Assembly: GCA_037147375.1 (NCBI GenBank)
Contig: JBAWVI010000012.1
Location: forward strand, 1-14,962
DNA: 14,962 bases
Direction: 5' to 3'
Source: an archaeon
Lineage (GTDB): Archaea; Iainarchaeota; Iainarchaeia; Iainarchaeales; CSSED10-239
The translations under genes and the position numbers were made by a program. Position 1 is the stretch's first letter. Each line of letters starts with the position of its first letter. Below are positions 13,906 through 14,962 of this stretch, one piece after another. Below the pieces are notes generated by a model. The model searched no databases, was not told where the DNA came from, and saw nothing but the letters and a program-made list of their open reading frames with translations.

Positions 13906-14373
13906 GAAAGAGAAATTGAAAATAATGAAAATATAGTAGCTGATAGAATAAATAAAGATGAAATAAATTTCGAAAAGCTTAAAAAAATATCAGAACACAC
14001 AGCGATATATAATGAAAAACAAACAACAGAGATGATTACAGAAGAAAGAAGATCTCAAAATATAATAACTAATACATTAATAAATAATGCAAAAGAAAAT
14101 ATAAGTGTCAGATCAGTAACCATAGAAGAACTAAAGAACGAAATAAATACAATTTGGGACATACTAAAAATAAAAGAAAATACACAAGCAGAGCATATAA
14201 TTAAATCCACACCAGCAGATAAGTGGGTTACAATGGATGAAATAAGGCACAACATAAAAATACAATTTAATGTTGAATACTCTTCAATGTTTTTACCTAA
14301 CGGGTTAAGAAGCCTTTCAATGTTGAGCTGGTTTGTTTCGGTAAATCGTTTGCTTTTGTCTTCAAGTATCTGA
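13789..14373 (+). CDS. Orphan hypothetical protein. The native part is about 13789-14280; the remaining codons are read-through into compositionally foreign DNA.
   Basis: ATG is preceded by AGGA (13779-13782). About 164 stop-free, K/E/N-rich codons match the local AT-rich composition (MNIKEIFKGF...ADKWVTMDEIRHNIKIQFNVEY). After about 14280 the frame continues by chance across the antisense of the RmuC-like gene. No family recognised. Confidence 0.45.
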   Translation: MNIKEIFKGFTNLFKSKDKVKFEINNKESNGNYYNERNYEREIENNENIVADRINKDEINFEKLKKISEHTAIYNEKQTTEMITEERRSQNIITNTLINNAKENISVRSVTIEELKNEINTIWDILKIKENTQAEHIIKSTPADKWVTMDEIRHNIKIQFNVEYSSMFLPNGLRSLSMLSWFVSVNRLLLSSSI

Positions 14374-14669
14374 CCGGCAAGAAGCTTAAACTGATCGCTG
14401 AATTTTTTGCCGATATCCTCATAATCGCTTTTCTGGTTTTCGAGTTTTTCTTTAAGGAAGCCGTTTTCGGTCTGCATTACTGCAAGGTTTTTAATTAAAC
14501 CGGTTAGTTCAGAACGCCTTTTTTCAAGCTCTGTTTTAAGTTCGTTAAGCTGCCCGGTAAGTTCAAGCCGCGATTTTTCGGCATAGTTGTTCACGGTTCT
14601 GTTTCGGAACCAAAGCGCTGCCGCACCCGAAAGAACACCCACGGCAAAAATAATTATTTCGATTACCAT
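14055..14669 (-). CDS. rmuC: RmuC-family DNA recombination protein, N-terminal fragment only. The homology-supported part is about 14281-14669; codons from 14055 to about 14280 are read-through into the AT-rich DNA.
   Basis: It has an N-terminal TM helix (VIEIIIFAVGVLSGAAALWF), a coiled coil, and then DQFKLLAGQILEDKSKRFTETNQLNIERLLNPLGKNIEEY. That segment parallels E. coli RmuC QFENLANRIFEHSNRRVDEQNRQSLNSLLSPLREQLDGF. Full-length RmuC proteins are several hundred aa with a C-terminal nuclease-like domain, which is absent here. Codon usage (GCC, CCG, CTG, GGC) is unlike the rest of the window. Confidence 0.7.
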   Translation of the reverse strand: MVIEIIIFAVGVLSGAAALWFRNRTVNNYAEKSRLELTGQLNELKTELEKRRSELTGLIKNLAVMQTENGFLKEKLENQKSDYEDIGKKFSDQFKLLAGQILEDKSKRFTETNQLNIERLLNPLGKNIEEYSTLNCIFMLCLISSIVTHLSAGVDLIICSACVFSFIFSMSQIVFISFFSSSMVTDLTLIFSFALFINVLVIIF

Positions 14670-14758
14670 GCAAAAACCCGTTTTACTTTGTTGAAATTAC
14701 CGGTTTATAGTAGTTTTTCATTTGTACGGCATTTAACATCCCCCTGGGAATTAACTCT

Positions 14759-14807
14759 TCACTGTTCACTTTTCACTTTTCATTATTCATTATTCATTAT
14801 TCATTCA
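14759..14807. repeat. Seven tandem heptads TCAYTNT (TCACTGT TCACTTT TCACTTT TCATTAT TCATTAT TCATTAT TCATTCA)
   Basis: Read directly from the sequence. It lies in the intergenic region upstream (minus sense) of the RmuC-like start, within the GC-richer segment. Confidence 0.8.
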
Positions 14808-14826
14808 GCTGAAACATCCCCCCTGC

Positions 14827-14842
14827 CCCCCTTCGAAGGGGG
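14827..14842. terminator. Perfect 16-nt palindrome CCCCCTTCGAAGGGGG, possible terminator hairpin for the minus-strand partial gene to its right
   Basis: The G/C-rich stem lies 11 nt beyond the stop (14853-14855, minus strand) of the partial ORF. No clean U-tract follows on the minus strand, while an A/T-rich stretch follows on the plus strand. Confidence 0.35.
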
Positions 14843-14852
14843 AATTATTAGT

Positions 14853-14962
14853 TTATTTACTTCTTATTGAAAAGAAGAGATAAACCGCCACGGCAGCGCT
14901 TCCAATAGCTACAGCGGGTTCTACAATACTTGACCAGAAAGGCTCTGCAGGAACAACCCCCT
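14853..14962 (-). CDS. 3' end of an unidentified membrane protein gene (5' part lies beyond the window edge)
   Basis: Hand translation of the minus strand gives ...GVVPAEPFWSSIVEPAVAIGSAAVAVYLFFSIRSK*, with stop TAA at 14853-14855. It is a hydrophobic helix followed by a basic end. GC-rich codons match the RmuC-like segment. The ORF is short, so support is weak. Confidence 0.3.
   Translation of the reverse strand, partial: GVVPAEPFWSSIVEPAVAIGSAAVAVYLFFSIRSK

Noticed and set aside
13295-14280. Integrated element with att sites at tRNA-iMet
   Set aside because: I looked for a downstream duplicate of the 3' part of the tRNA (for example GGTTCAAATCCATCCCCCGCT) and for an integrase gene, and found neither. 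The region is cut off by the breakpoint at about 14280. Integration therefore remains only a hypothesis under the palindrome-array finding and is not a called feature.
14267-14325. Near-repeat TTNAATGTTGA (14267 and 14315) as microhomology explaining the junction
   Set aside because: The two copies are 48 nt apart, and both lie at or to the right of the inferred breakpoint. A k-mer-overlap join or a microhomology-mediated event would leave a single shared copy at the junction. This is likely coincidence.
14688-14870. 60-aa plus-strand ORF in the GC-richer tail
   Set aside because: It reads through the heptad tandem repeat (giving ...FTFHYSLFIIH...) and the 16-nt palindrome. It starts at TTG and has no recognisable RBS. 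It is most likely non-coding intergenic sequence.

Overview
Very AT-rich (about 20-30% G+C in hand-counted 60-nt lines), tightly packed archaeal chromosome segment. It best fits a small-genome DPANN-type archaeon: archaea-specific Trm56 and TFE, Elp3, an initiator tRNA with A1:U72, tRNAs without encoded CCA, and GGTGA/GAGG Shine-Dalgarno sites. Left block (+): the 3' end of an unidentified gene, then an SD-coupled string of elp3, a 101-aa wHTH protein, a 116-aa Rossmann-like protein and a 1186-aa N/I/K-rich surface protein. A 392-aa signal-peptide/C-terminal-anchor protein with CARDB-like beta-sandwich segments follows. Middle block (-): tRNA-Lys(CUU), tRNA-Lys(UUU) and tRNA-Phe(GAA), then a bacterial-type mutS-mutL operon whose MutL carries the DQHA(X)2E(X)4E endonuclease motif. 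Right block (+): trm56, tfe and initiator tRNA-Met, then a ~500-bp gene-free tract packed with the palindrome GTAATTAC and an orphan ORF. At about 14270-14290 the sequence switches abruptly to GC-richer, bacterial-looking DNA that begins inside an RmuC-like gene (N-terminal ~130 codons only). The observations most worth a second look are the palindrome array beside tRNA-iMet, the compositional/coding breakpoint (assembly chimera versus real foreign DNA), the elp3-linked wHTH/Rossmann/giant-surface-protein string, and the MutS-MutL pair with a PIP-like MutS tail. I saw no CRISPR array, rRNA, or recognisable integrase/transposase. I cannot identify a known defence system. The candidate novel systems below are hypotheses only.
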